From Bacillales bacterium UBA5026 (GTDB taxonomy: Bacteria > Bacillota_I > Bacilli_A > RF39 > UBA660): a stretch of 64,000 bases of DNA. The stretch lies in the NCBI GenBank assembly GCA_002416285.1, contig DICM01000034.1:274-64273 (forward strand), given 5' to 3'. The translations under genes were made by a program, and so were the position numbers. The notes under the pieces were generated by a model, which saw only the letters and a program-made list of their open reading frames with translations, had not been told where the DNA came from and ran no database searches. Shown in pieces: positions 52,783 to 63,210 of the stretch. Position 1 is the first letter of the stretch. Every line of letters begins with the position of its first letter.

Positions 52783-55018
52783 CTTCTAATTCCTCCTTAC
52801 TAAGTTGTGATAAGGCAATTTCTCTATAAATATCACTTGTTTTCATTAATTCTTCATGTGTTCCCATTCCAGCGATTTTACCTTCATTTAATACAATAAT
52901 TTGATCTGCATTCATAACGGTACTGATTCTTTGTGCAACGATTAATACAGTACTATCTGCAGTGACTTTTTTTAATTCAGCACGTAAAACAGCATCGGTT
53001 TTGAAATCAAGTGCAGAAAAGCTGTCATCGAAGATATAGATATCAGGATGAATGGCAATTGCTCTGGCAATCGATAAACGTTGTTTTTGACCTCCAGAAA
53101 CATTGGTACCACCTTGCGATATTGGAGCATCATATCCACCATCTAAACGTTCAATAAACTCAGATGCTTGTGCAATGCGTGCAGCTTCAATCATATCTTC
53201 ATCACTCATGTTCTCGTTTCCATATTTGATATTGGAGCGAACCGTACCATTAAATAAAATCCCTTTTTGTGGTACAAACCCAATTTTACTATGAAGATCT
53301 TTCAAAGTAATATCTTTGATATTAACTCCATCAATTAAAATTTCACCTGAAGTAATATCGTAAAATCTTGGTATTAAACTAATTAAAGTTGATTTACCAG
53401 ATCCGGTGCTTCCAATAAAGGCTGTGGTTTTTCCTGGTTCTGCTTTAAAACTAACATGTTCGATAACATCGACATCAGCATCCGCATAACGGAAATTAAC
53501 ATCTTTAAATTCTACAACTCCGTGTCCAGTAGTTGGAATTGAAGTTGGATTTGTTGGATCTTTAATACTTGGCTCTTTTTCTAATACTTCACTAATTCGT
53601 TTTGCGGAAATACTAGCACGTGGCCACATAATAGATACAATTGAAATCATTAGGAATGCCATGATAATCTGCATTGTATATTGGATAAATGCCATCATGT
53701 CCCCTACTTGCATCGCCCCTGTATCAATCTGTTTTGCAGCAATCCAAATAATTAAAATAACAACTCCGTTCATGATAAAATTCATAGCTGGCATCATGAA
53801 CGCCATGATACGATTGACAAAAATCTGAACCTTTGTTAATTCTTGGTTTGCATCATCAAATCTTTTTTCTTCTTGTTTTTCGGTACTGAAAGCACGAATA
53901 ACTGGAAGTCCACTTAAAATTTCTCTTGAAACTAGATTTAGTTTATCTACTAATTTTTGAATTACTTTAAATTTCGGCATAGCTACTGCGAATAACATAA
54001 TAACAAGTGATAGAATTGCCATAATAGCAACTGCAATAATCCATCCCATTGACGTATTAGTATTTAAACTTTTAATAACCCCACCAATTCCAATTAATGG
54101 AGCATAGAAAACAGTTCTTAACATCATGACCAATACCATTTGAACTTGTTGAATATCATTTGTTGTTCTGGTAATCAATGATGCTGTACTGAAATCTTTC
54201 ATTTCTGTCTTTGAAAAATCCATTACTTTACGGAATACTTTGCTTCTTAATACTTGTGCAAGACGTGCTGCTAATCTAGCACCAATTAGACCGACTAAAA
54301 TAGTTGCTACCATACTGATAAGTGCTAAACCAAGCATCTGTAGACCAGATAACAAGATATAATTTGTTTGAATTTTGTCTGTATTCATCCCAACTGTTTT
54401 ATATTCCGTTTTGTTAAAAGCAACAGCGGCTTGAGAAACCATCATGTCTGGAAAGTCTTTTAATTTTGTTTCCATTTCTTTTAACATTTGATCTCTTGCT
54501 TCTTGTGGTAAATAAGTCAATGCTTCTAACAATGTCATATTACTTGTGTCAAGTCCAGCAGATTGTAATGACGAAAATAACTGTTCTTTCATCGTCTTTG
54601 TTTCTTCTGTATCCTGCGCTAAAACACTTACCATTAAGATTGGTTTAGCAAGTATTTCATCTAGACGATCACTATCACTTTTCTTTTCATAAAGTGTCTC
54701 TTGTTTTAGAATTGGATATTTTTCCGTCTTATTCTGATACTCCTCTTTACTGAGATTTGTATCATTTAATAAGGTATATTGTTCTAAAACATATTTCTTA
54801 TCATCACTCGATACAAATAATAGAATCGAATCCATTAATGTTGAGCGAATGATTTTAGGTGATGTTTCTGTAATTCCCCCCTGTTGGATACCAACATTGA
54901 CGATTCTCGATGTGTAATCAGGCAATGTTAAATCACATATTGCCTGGACGATCAATAATGCAATAATAAGCATTATTGATAAAAAAGATTTTTTTAAATA
55001 GCGAAATAGCTTTAGCAT
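52775..55018 (-). CDS. ABC exporter, fused permease/ATPase with a large extracytoplasmic insertion after TM1
   Basis: Walker A GSTGSGKST, VSGGQKQR, IYIFDDSFS. About 190 extra residues lie between TM1 and TM2. Confidence 0.9.
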   Translation of the reverse strand: MLKLFRYLKKSFLSIMLIIALLIVQAICDLTLPDYTSRIVNVGIQQGGITETSPKIIRSTLMDSILLFVSSDDKKYVLEQYTLLNDTNLSKEEYQNKTEKYPILKQETLYEKKSDSDRLDEILAKPILMVSVLAQDTEETKTMKEQLFSSLQSAGLDTSNMTLLEALTYLPQEARDQMLKEMETKLKDFPDMMVSQAAVAFNKTEYKTVGMNTDKIQTNYILLSGLQMLGLALISMVATILVGLIGARLAARLAQVLRSKVFRKVMDFSKTEMKDFSTASLITRTTNDIQQVQMVLVMMLRTVFYAPLIGIGGVIKSLNTNTSMGWIIAVAIMAILSLVIMLFAVAMPKFKVIQKLVDKLNLVSREILSGLPVIRAFSTEKQEEKRFDDANQELTKVQIFVNRIMAFMMPAMNFIMNGVVILIIWIAAKQIDTGAMQVGDMMAFIQYTMQIIMAFLMISIVSIMWPRASISAKRISEVLEKEPSIKDPTNPTSIPTTGHGVVEFKDVNFRYADADVDVIEHVSFKAEPGKTTAFIGSTGSGKSTLISLIPRFYDITSGEILIDGVNIKDITLKDLHSKIGFVPQKGILFNGTVRSNIKYGNENMSDEDMIEAARIAQASEFIERLDGGYDAPISQGGTNVSGGQKQRLSIARAIAIHPDIYIFDDSFSALDFKTDAVLRAELKKVTADSTVLIVAQRISTVMNADQIIVLNEGKIAGMGTHEELMKTSDIYREIALSQLSKEELEDE

Positions 55019-55635
55019 ACTTCTCTCCTCTCAATTCCTTCTTTTAATAATTTTAATTTTTGTAAATAGATACGATTTGCTTCATCATTTGGTAATTCAT
55101 GCATAACAACCATCACTAAGGTATGAACTGTTATTGGCATAATAATATCCAAAGCGGCTATCAAATCATCTTCTGATTCTACATTTAAATTCTTTATATT
55201 GACTAACTTCAAAATCTCAGTAAAATGTTCTTTTTGGTGTAAGTGAGGTCTGTGTGGAATGATAAAATCTTCCTGTTTTGAGTTCATATTTAAGAGTACT
55301 TGTTTTAGAAATTTTTGATTATCTGGCTGATGCAGATAATCGTTTACTTTCCGAAACAACATTTTAAATCCTTCAAATAAATCTCCATTATTTGCTTCAA
55401 ATGATTCTCTCGTAATTTGATCAAAAATTTCTTTATGTTGTGATAATAGGTATTTAAAAAGATCTTCTTTATCCTCGAAATACATATAGAAACTTCCTCT
55501 TGAAATTTCAGCTTTTGCAATAATGGTATTGATCGATGCTTCGCTATAAGAAACAGACGAAAATTCTTCTATAGCAGCATCGGTTAACTTTTTCTTCTTT
55601 TCTTCTGATAAGCGATAAAATGTATTACTTGGCAT
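55012..55635 (-). CDS. TetR-family transcriptional regulator
   Basis: N-terminal HTH (YSEASINTIIAKAEISRGSFYMYF). Start set at the ATG after GGAGAG. Confidence 0.85.
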   Translation of the reverse strand: MPSNTFYRLSEEKKKKLTDAAIEEFSSVSYSEASINTIIAKAEISRGSFYMYFEDKEDLFKYLLSQHKEIFDQITRESFEANNGDLFEGFKMLFRKVNDYLHQPDNQKFLKQVLLNMNSKQEDFIIPHRPHLHQKEHFTEILKLVNIKNLNVESEDDLIAALDIIMPITVHTLVMVVMHELPNDEANRIYLQKLKLLKEGIERREVC

Positions 55636-55682
55636 ACTCTCACTCTCCAATATATGAAATTTTGTAGTCCGTGATACATTAT

Positions 55683-55701
55683 ATATGACAAGTTGTCATA
55701 T
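55683..55701. promoter_or_regulatory. Perfect 9-1-9 palindrome, candidate TetR operator
   Basis: ATATGACAA-G-TTGTCATAT, about 50 nt upstream of the TetR-ABC operon. Confidence 0.5.
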
Positions 55702-55784
55702 TGTCAAGTAGAAATTTTAAATTACTTCATTTTATTATGTTTAAATTAAGTTGAATTAAAATCAAAAAAGATGGCTTTTCCATC

Positions 55785-57581
55785 TTAATTAATATATCGC
55801 ATAATACGTAACGTATTTAAAATGCAAATTAAGGTTACTCCGACATCCGAAAATATTGCCATCCACATACTGATATATCCTAGTCCTGCGAATATTAACA
55901 CTAATAATTTGATAACAAATGCGAATGTAATATTTTCTGAAATAACATTCTTTACAAATTTAGCTACTTTCATTATCTCTACAATTTTATAAGGATCATC
56001 ATTCATAATAATAATGTCAGATACTTCTATAGCCGCATCACTTCCGCCTATTCCCATCGCAATTCCTATATCAGCAGCTGTTAGAACAGGTACATCATTT
56101 ACACCGTCTCCTATAAAAAAAGTAATACCATCTGTCTTAAAATGGTTAATTAAATTCACCTTTTCTTCGGGAAGAAGCTCCCCATAACTTTGATCCATTT
56201 TTAATCTACAACCAAATTTTTCTACAATATCTTTTCTGTCACCGGAAAGTATTGCTGTTTTTTTAACACCCATATTTTTTAGATCGTTGGCAAGGTCACA
56301 GACATTCTCTTTCATTTCATCGCTTATAACAAGCGCTCCTATGTAGATGTTTTCAACCGCCACGATTAGTTCAATACCTATTTCGTTACTTTCTGGATAA
56401 GCGATATGTTTCTCTTGCATAAAACCAATATTTCCAATTAGTACTTTTTGATTCTTAATAGTCACTTCAATACCACTATCAATGGTCTCTTTAAAATTTG
56501 AAATTTCTTCTTCATTGATTTCATCAACATATGTTTTTTTGATGATAGAAGTGATTGGATCCTTAGAATAATAGACTGCATGTGCAACTATTTTTAGAAA
56601 TTCATCTTCTGTTATTAGTTTCGATTTAACTTTTAAAATCTTAAAATTTCCCTTGGTTAAAGTCCCTGTTTTATCAAATGCTGCAGTTTTAATTTTGGTA
56701 AGATAATCAAAGCTCTTCCTTTCAGTAACTAAAACTCCTCTTTTTGAACTGGCATAAATAGCCGTTAAATACCCAAGTGGAATAGAGATCACAAATGCAC
56801 AAGGACAAGCAACTACTAAAAATATTAAAGCCCTATAACCCCATACTTGTGCTTCTCCGTTATAGAAAATAGTTGGAATTAAAAACAATGATAAAGATGC
56901 AAGTAAAATAAATGGTGTATACCATCTTATAAAAGTTTTGAAAAAGGAAAATTCTATTCCATCATCTTCATTCAAATCCACGGCTAATTTTGTAATTTTA
57001 TTAATAGTAGATTCACTATATGATTTTGTCACTTCTATTTTTAGAGTATTAGTTAAATTAATTGATCCCGAAAAAACCATATCCGTCTCTTCTACTCTTC
57101 TTGGAACCAATTCCCCTGAGAGGAGTGATATATCCAAATCGCTTGTACCTTTTTTGATAATTCCATCGACAGGAATTTTTTCGCCTGGTTCAACGGTTAA
57201 AATATCACCGATAGATAGTTTCTTTGAATTTACTTTACTACCATCTTTTCGAGTCATAATTCCGTCCTCTCGCTTCAAAAAGGCGAGTACGGAATGTTTG
57301 GTAGTTTCAATTGTTGTGTCACTGATATATTCCCCAATTCGATATAATAAGACAACGATAGTAGCCTCGTGAATTTTACCAATTAAAAAGGCAATAATAG
57401 TTGCGAGAAACATGAGTGTAAATTCACTCCAAAAACAATGCTTTTTGATTGTTTCATACATGTTTAAAACAATTGGATAAGTAAGAATAACATAACTTAA
57501 TCCAACTAGGTAAATTTGTAAAAAATCTGGTGTAAAAAAACTAACAACTAACAACACTACTCCTATACTAAATAGTAGCAT
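55785..57581 (-). CDS. Heavy-metal (Cd/Zn/Co-type) P1B-type ATPase lacking an N-terminal metal-binding domain
   Basis: CPC (VACPCAF), DKTGTLT, GDGVNDVP. Confidence 0.85.
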   Translation of the reverse strand: MLLFSIGVVLLVVSFFTPDFLQIYLVGLSYVILTYPIVLNMYETIKKHCFWSEFTLMFLATIIAFLIGKIHEATIVVLLYRIGEYISDTTIETTKHSVLAFLKREDGIMTRKDGSKVNSKKLSIGDILTVEPGEKIPVDGIIKKGTSDLDISLLSGELVPRRVEETDMVFSGSINLTNTLKIEVTKSYSESTINKITKLAVDLNEDDGIEFSFFKTFIRWYTPFILLASLSLFLIPTIFYNGEAQVWGYRALIFLVVACPCAFVISIPLGYLTAIYASSKRGVLVTERKSFDYLTKIKTAAFDKTGTLTKGNFKILKVKSKLITEDEFLKIVAHAVYYSKDPITSIIKKTYVDEINEEEISNFKETIDSGIEVTIKNQKVLIGNIGFMQEKHIAYPESNEIGIELIVAVENIYIGALVISDEMKENVCDLANDLKNMGVKKTAILSGDRKDIVEKFGCRLKMDQSYGELLPEEKVNLINHFKTDGITFFIGDGVNDVPVLTAADIGIAMGIGGSDAAIEVSDIIIMNDDPYKIVEIMKVAKFVKNVISENITFAFVIKLLVLIFAGLGYISMWMAIFSDVGVTLICILNTLRIMRYIN

Positions 57582-57873
57582 CCATTTCCTCCTTAATATG
57601 TTCTAACCCATATTCCAAAATAATTTTAATGTGATCATCCGCCAGCGAATAATAGACCTCTTTTCCTATTTTTTCATGACGAACAAAATTATTTAGGCGT
57701 AAAGTCTGTAATTGATGTGAAATAGAAGATTGCGTCATGTTTAATGCTTCAGCAATTTCATTCACATTCCGTTTTGATGCTTCTAGTAATAATAAAATAC
57801 GAATTCTAGTTTCATCGGCAAACATCTTATAAAATTGACTAAGTTGTATTCGAACTTCTCTATCTAACTCCAT
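57568..57873 (-). CDS. ArsR/SmtB-family metalloregulator
   Basis: FKMFADETRIRILLLL and VNEIAEALNMTQSSISHQLQTLR. Overlaps the ATPase gene start. Confidence 0.8.
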   Translation of the reverse strand: MELDREVRIQLSQFYKMFADETRIRILLLLEASKRNVNEIAEALNMTQSSISHQLQTLRLNNFVRHEKIGKEVYYSLADDHIKIILEYGLEHIKEEMDATI

Positions 57874-57999
57874 ACATAATACAATCCTTTCCTTCACCTC
57901 ATATAAACTCATTATATGTTGAATTAAAAAAAATAGCAAATGAAAACATATAATTTTTTCTTTTTTGATTGTTATATTTTATAAAAAAAGAAAATGAAA

Positions 58000-60489
58000 T
58001 CATACATTTTCTTTTTCATACTCTAAACTATTTCTTTTGTTTTTTTCGGAATACAACCAAATTAAACTAATGATTAGAGTAACTAGACTAATATACTTTC
58101 CAATATTAAAGTAAGGTGCTTCATATACTAGTTTTACAATATGTTTCCCAGTATTGATTTTAAATCCTAAAAAGGCAGTATTAACTTTTTCAACATCTAC
58201 TTCTACACCATCAATATAAGCTTTGAATCCTGAATCATATGGAATTGATGTTGCAAAATAACCATCAGCGGTAACATTAATTGTTCCAACAATACTATCT
58301 CCTTCGGATTTCTTAACGTCAATATTCCAAGCATCTAATTCTGAAATAGTGCTACTGATTTTAGCGCGATCAATTGTTTTCGCAATTATATTATCTAAAT
58401 AAAAGATTCCTTTACTAAAAGTAATTTTGAGATGATCAATTTCATCTTCTGAAATGACATAATGAAATGTTGTATTCTCATTATTGTATCCCCATTCTCT
58501 ACACGTCAATTTATTACTTTCATTGTTGATAATGATGGAGATATCTCCATCACTACAACTTGGTTTTTCTAATACATCAAATTGTAGTAATAGAATCTTA
58601 TTTTCTAATTTTTTACTTAAAGGTAATTCAACAGTTGTTTCTTTATCAACCTCTATTTTTAATCCTTTATCACTCTTAGTAACAACTAGGCTATCTAGCT
58701 GTTCTAAAGAAATATTATAATCATCTCCAAATAAAGTAGGTTCATCACCATCTGTTGTAATTACCCCTTCAAAAAGAGCCGTCATACGATCTAAGTCAGA
58801 AAGATTTTCATAATCATCTTGTGATATCCTTTTTGTTCTAGAATATCCGATTGGATATACTGAATTATTTTTATAAAGTGCTAATCCATTTTTTTCATCA
58901 ATTTTTTGATAACCTCCTCCAACGTTAAAATCAGAGATTAAATATTGAATTCCCATATAGGTTTCAAATAAATAATTGTTACTTGATCCATTCATAAACA
59001 TATTTCTATGGGGCATAGCCAGAGACATCGTCTCTTTGAAAAATTGATGATAATCTAAATTATAAGTAGAAGAATAAATACTGGTTCCATAAGATGGATA
59101 AAGACGATTAATATTCTCACCAGTAGATTGTAAATTTGCTAACCTGCTATGATCCTTCTTCGATTTTAGCATCCATTTTTCAACTGCGCTACTAGTATAT
59201 TCCTGATAAGCAGTTTTTGAAACAAAGGAATCAGTTCTACTAGTCATTACAGTTAAACTAAAACTTCCAATAATAAGTGGTATCGCTAAAAGATATGTCT
59301 TTTTAAATTTAATACTGAGATATAAAAGAGCGATTGTCCCTAGAAAGTCAAAATAATACTTTTGAAACCTTCCGCCTAAAAATAAAAAGTAAAAAGCTAA
59401 AACTAAAACCAACACTACAGTTAAGCGAGTTCGTTTTACTTCTACTCGATACCCTTCCAAAAATTCTGCTATGAGCAATACAAATAACGGAATAAACGGA
59501 ATTAAGGATTTATTTTTAATATATAATGCTCCGTTTAGTAGATATCGGAATAATGGAAAAGATAGTATTATACAAAGCATAACAGCAAGAAAAATGGATT
59601 CTTTTTTCTTGGTTGTTAAAGCATAGATAACAGCAAAAATTGAAATACCTGTTAATCCGATCGCATACGATCCATAAAGTATACCCCCTAAATTCAACTT
59701 TGGAATCAATAAGGTTGCTACCGAAACAGTATCATTTACTCTAGTATGATTACTTAACATGACACCAATCACTGGAAATAAAAGTAATGATGATAATAAG
59801 ATACCTAACACAATTGGAATTAAAAAGCGAAAGGCTGCTAGAAAGAAAGATTTAATATTAACATTCTCTGTTATTGTTAAATAGCGATATATAGCATAAA
59901 TCGATAGAACGACTAATCCTCCTACACTATAATAATAGCTTGTTAAAATCATTAAGAAAACCGCTAGGATTAAAAGAAGTGATTTCTTTTCAAAATGTCG
60001 ATCAATGCCAATAAGTCCTAACATTAAAAACGGCATATAACTTACAAACATTAAATGCCTATGTGCATGGAATAACAATGGAACTGCAAATAGGAAAAAC
60101 AAACTTCCATAAAGACTATTTAACGATTTATAATGTTTACTTAACCATTTATAACAGATACATCCACTTAGAATATACATTATGATACTTGATACAACTA
60201 AATAATCTACCATTGATACCATCGGTAAAAGATAGGATACTAATATAATTGGATTGAATAATCCATAATAAGCAAAATGAAAGATATTTTGCCCTGCACC
60301 CAAATGTTGAGCCAGGTTAGGAAAGATGTTTCCTGTTTCATAAAATAGATTTCGGAAATAATCTGGATATACGGTATGCTGATTCAACCAGTCTACTGTT
60401 GATCCAAATAAAAAACCAGATTTAGAACCTAAAAAAACGGCTAATAATCCACTTATTATAATGATTATATATGGATAATACTTTTTCAT
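58000..60489 (-). CDS. YfhO-family polytopic membrane protein (putative glycosyltransferase)
   Basis: 829 aa, more than 12 TM segments in the N-terminal two-thirds, an extracytoplasmic C-terminal domain, and a final TM. N-terminal pattern STVDWLNQHTVYPDYFR. Confidence 0.7.
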   Translation of the reverse strand: MKKYYPYIIIIISGLLAVFLGSKSGFLFGSTVDWLNQHTVYPDYFRNLFYETGNIFPNLAQHLGAGQNIFHFAYYGLFNPIILVSYLLPMVSMVDYLVVSSIIMYILSGCICYKWLSKHYKSLNSLYGSLFFLFAVPLLFHAHRHLMFVSYMPFLMLGLIGIDRHFEKKSLLLILAVFLMILTSYYYSVGGLVVLSIYAIYRYLTITENVNIKSFFLAAFRFLIPIVLGILLSSLLLFPVIGVMLSNHTRVNDTVSVATLLIPKLNLGGILYGSYAIGLTGISIFAVIYALTTKKKESIFLAVMLCIILSFPLFRYLLNGALYIKNKSLIPFIPLFVLLIAEFLEGYRVEVKRTRLTVVLVLVLAFYFLFLGGRFQKYYFDFLGTIALLYLSIKFKKTYLLAIPLIIGSFSLTVMTSRTDSFVSKTAYQEYTSSAVEKWMLKSKKDHSRLANLQSTGENINRLYPSYGTSIYSSTYNLDYHQFFKETMSLAMPHRNMFMNGSSNNYLFETYMGIQYLISDFNVGGGYQKIDEKNGLALYKNNSVYPIGYSRTKRISQDDYENLSDLDRMTALFEGVITTDGDEPTLFGDDYNISLEQLDSLVVTKSDKGLKIEVDKETTVELPLSKKLENKILLLQFDVLEKPSCSDGDISIIINNESNKLTCREWGYNNENTTFHYVISEDEIDHLKITFSKGIFYLDNIIAKTIDRAKISSTISELDAWNIDVKKSEGDSIVGTINVTADGYFATSIPYDSGFKAYIDGVEVDVEKVNTAFLGFKINTGKHIVKLVYEAPYFNIGKYISLVTLIISLIWLYSEKNKRNSLEYEKENV

Positions 60490-60608
60490 TTACACACCCA
60501 CTCTTTTTCTATTATAACATGTTTGATTTTATTTGTTCAAGTTAAAAGAATATGCAACTAAACAAGTTTCTTTTTGTGATAGATTTTCTAATTCACACAT
60601 ATATACAA

Positions 60609-60633
60609 TAAAAAAATTAGGTTTCCCTAATTT
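60609..60633 (-). terminator. Terminator after the cold-shock gene
   Basis: 8-bp stem AAATTAGG/CCTAATTT and a T-run on the minus strand. Confidence 0.65.
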
Positions 60634-60645
60634 AATGGTTTTCAA

Positions 60646-60852
60646 TTATTTAACTGATACATTTACTGCTCTATCTTTACCGCTTCTTGAATCTTTTTCA
60701 ACTTCATAAGTGACTTTTTGTCCTTCATTAAGTTCTTTAATTCCATCGTTTAATGCAGAAATGTGTACAAAAATTTCGTCATTTGTTTCATCATTTTTGA
60801 TAAAACCGAAACCTTTTACTGTGTTAAAAAATTTAACTGTACCTTGATTCAT
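60646..60852 (-). CDS. Cold-shock protein (CspA family)
   Basis: [15 protein letters not shown] and FVHISAL RNP motifs. Confidence 0.92.
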   Translation of the reverse strand: MNQGTVKFFNTVKGFGFIKNDETNDEIFVHISALNDGIKELNEGQKVTYEVEKDSRSGKDRAVNVSVK

Positions 60853-60973
60853 GTTCTTCCTCCTTTACAATTATACCCCTTTTATACAATAATAATTACA
60901 CTATTCGGAAGTACATATTAAGTATAACACATTCTTCATAATTTAGCAAATCTTTTTGACTGTTTTAATTTAT

Positions 60974-60996
60974 AAAAAAATCCTAAAAATAGGATT
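60974..60996 (-). terminator. Terminator after tRNA-Met
   Basis: Stem AATCCT/AGGATT and a T7 run on the minus strand. Confidence 0.5.
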
Positions 60997-61008
60997 CTAA
61001 TTTCTTTA

Positions 61009-61085
61009 TGGTAGCGACGGGGAGATTCGAACTCTCGACCTACCGGGTATGAACCGGTTGCTCTAGCCAGCTGAGCTACATCGCC
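61009..61085 (-). tRNA. tRNA-Met (CAU), elongator type
   Basis: GGCGATGTAGCTCAGCTGGCTAGAGCAACCGGTTCATACCCGGTAGGTCGAGAGTTCGAATCTCCCCGTCGCTACCA folds as a cloverleaf with an encoded CCA. It closely resembles the B. subtilis elongator tRNA-Met as I recall it. tRNA-Ile2 (lysidine) cannot be fully excluded. Confidence 0.88.
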
Positions 61086-61219
61086 ATGACAACAATATGA
61101 TTTTATCAAATATATTGCGTTTTGACAACTCTTTTTTGAAAAATTTTTAACTTTCTTCAATATCTAAATTTATATTACCCAGTTTTTAATAGAAATATAA
61201 AAAAATAACAGTTCTCCTG

Positions 61220-61615
61220 TTACTTTAATTTCATATTTAACATCTTTCTTAAATGCTCAATTTTATCAAATTCGGTATTATGGTTCATATCCATCATTAT
61301 TTTATACATTGAAAATAACTTTGCTACAACACCACTAAATGTTCCAACTACTAGAATAATACCTAAGAAGTAAATATCAATCATCAAAAAGTAAATTCCT
61401 GATCCCATTCCTATTAAACTGATAATTGTCAAAATAAGCAACCACATCTTATTTCGCATTTCCATTTCTAATAAGCTCACTTTTAATTTTAAATAGCGAA
61501 CTTGCTCCTCTTCTGATAATTCCATATTTTGAATTACATTGTTATAAATAATCTCACTTTTATTATTTTCAGTTCCATCAATTGTAATATTTATCATTCC
61601 GTTTTTTTGTTTCAT
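61220..61615 (-). CDS. Hypothetical membrane protein (131 aa)
   Basis: Two central TM segments. No motif recognised. Confidence 0.45.
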   Translation of the reverse strand: MKQKNGMINITIDGTENNKSEIIYNNVIQNMELSEEEQVRYLKLKVSLLEMEMRNKMWLLILTIISLIGMGSGIYFLMIDIYFLGIILVVGTFSGVVAKLFSMYKIMMDMNHNTEFDKIEHLRKMLNMKLK

Positions 61616-61665
61616 TCGTTTTCCCCCTTACGGCATATTATAACAAAACAATACTCTTTTTACAA

Positions 61666-62160
61666 CTATTTTATATTACCAAATGAAGAAAAAGGAAAGA
61701 GCGAAAAATCAACAATTCCTTTCAAATGCTTTTTATCGACCGGGCCAAATATTCTTCCGTCTAGAGAATTAACTCGATTGTCTCCTAAAACTAAATAATG
61801 ATTTTCTGGGATAACATCATATCCCAAATCTTTTATATCAAAATCATAAGTCTCTTCATGTGTGAAATTTTCTTCGGTTAGAGTTCCGTTTACGTAGAGT
61901 TTGTTATCACGATAAGCGATATGTTCTCCGGGTAATCCGATAATACGTTTGATTAATCTTTCCTTTTCATAATCTAATACTACTATTCGGAAACGATCAA
62001 AATTACGATCATACTTCTTTAATATTAATACCTCATTATCTTGTAAAGTTGGTAACATTGATTTCCCATCCACTTGGACTGGTGTAATAATGTAAGATCT
62101 CAGTAAAACAACAACCATTAATATAACAACATACGGCAAAATTTCTTTTATATATTTCAT
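61666..62160 (-). CDS. lepB: Signal peptidase I
   Basis: VDGKSMLPTL (catalytic Ser), IKRIIGLPGE (Lys), GDNRVNSLDGR. Start set after GGGGTG. Confidence 0.88.
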   Translation of the reverse strand: MKYIKEILPYVVILMVVVLLRSYIITPVQVDGKSMLPTLQDNEVLILKKYDRNFDRFRIVVLDYEKERLIKRIIGLPGEHIAYRDNKLYVNGTLTEENFTHEETYDFDIKDLGYDVIPENHYLVLGDNRVNSLDGRIFGPVDKKHLKGIVDFSLFPFSSFGNIK

Positions 62161-62227
62161 ATGTTCACCCCAATATATTATACCTGATTTTTCCAATTTT
62201 TAAAATAGAAAATGAAAAAAATAAGAC

Positions 62228-62590
62228 TTATGCAGCCTTATTTGTCTCTTTGTCTCGTCTTTCCTTAATTTTTGGTTGACTCACCAAATTACGGATATAA
62301 CCTAATTTTGCACGTCTTACTTTACCCTTACGGATTACTGTAACTCCAGCAATTTTTGGTGAATTAACTGGGAACGTTCTTTCCACTCCAACTCCACCTG
62401 ATTTTTTACGTACAATAAAGTTTTTAGAAACTCCACCACCTTGAATAGCCATAACAAGACCTTCAAATGCTTGGATTCTCTCTTTGTTTCCTTCAACGAT
62501 ACGTACATCAACACGAACTGTATCACCTACACGAAATTCAGGAATATCAGTTCTAATTTGACTTTTTGTAATTTTTTCGACTAAGTTCAT
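62228..62590 (-). CDS. rplS: 50S ribosomal protein L19
   Basis: [29 protein letters not shown] matches the L19 pattern. Confidence 0.92.
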   Translation of the reverse strand: MNLVEKITKSQIRTDIPEFRVGDTVRVDVRIVEGNKERIQAFEGLVMAIQGGGVSKNFIVRKKSGGVGVERTFPVNSPKIAGVTVIRKGKVRRAKLGYIRNLVSQPKIKERRDKETNKAA

Positions 62591-62729
62591 CGATGTCACT
62601 CTTCCTTTCTTTATCATTTGATCATGAAATATATACTCAGCGGATCAATCTCTAACAATTTTAGCACAACTTCTTATTTTTCGCAACCATTTTTTTAAGT
62701 ATATGCTGTTTTTATGAATAATAGGCTAA

Positions 62730-63206
62730 TTATCTGCCCTTTCCTTTGGTTTCTTCTTCCACCGGGGTATAAATATTGTAAGGATTTACCGTTTTCCACT
62801 GCTGGTAAACAATTTTTGTTTTTAATTCATGTTCCAACAAACTTATTTTTTTTAATAGCAAATCAATATATTTATCATCTAGATACTTCCTGTATTTATA
62901 TTCAATAATATCACGGAAACGAGCTAGATCATTGAGTGCTATACTAAGCTTTCCACTATCTGTATCATTATCATCCAATATAGAAATGAGATATTGTAGA
63001 TAATAATCCAGTTTTTTTTGACTCTTCTTTTTTAACAATTTATCAATAAAACTAGGTTTCATGACGAAAAGAGAATCGACTTTGATCGCATCATGATATC
63101 GCACTTTATTTTTAGGTATAAAGTGATATCCAACATTCTTTTTAAAATTTGTGATACAATTCTTCCCATCATAAGGATTTTCTGTGATTACATACTTTTT
63201 CTTCAT
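62730..63206 (-). CDS. Hypothetical Lys-rich protein (158 aa) inserted between trmD and rplS
   Basis: ORF on the same strand as trmD and rplS. No motif recognised. Confidence 0.45.
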   Translation of the reverse strand: MKKKYVITENPYDGKNCITNFKKNVGYHFIPKNKVRYHDAIKVDSLFVMKPSFIDKLLKKKSQKKLDYYLQYLISILDDNDTDSGKLSIALNDLARFRDIIEYKYRKYLDDKYIDLLLKKISLLEHELKTKIVYQQWKTVNPYNIYTPVEEETKGKGR

Positions 63207-63210
63207 GATT

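Noticed and set aside
56938-57372. 144-aa + strand ORF inside the P-type ATPase gene. Similar nested ORFs lie at 47222-47542, 53103-53294, 54466-54648, 58484-58720, 44813-45043, 36628-36978, 33292-33537, 28007-28225, 8421-8606, 4945-5157, 4142-4372, 3185-3397, 2597-2785 and 1346-1795.
   Set aside because: They are antisense or out-of-frame shadows of long ORFs with strong family motifs. None has an RBS or recognisable features.
60936-61160. 74-aa ORF overlapping the tRNA-Met locus
   Set aside because: Its central part (GDVAQLARATGSYPVGREFESPRRYH) is simply a translation through the tRNA gene, which is a classic artefact.
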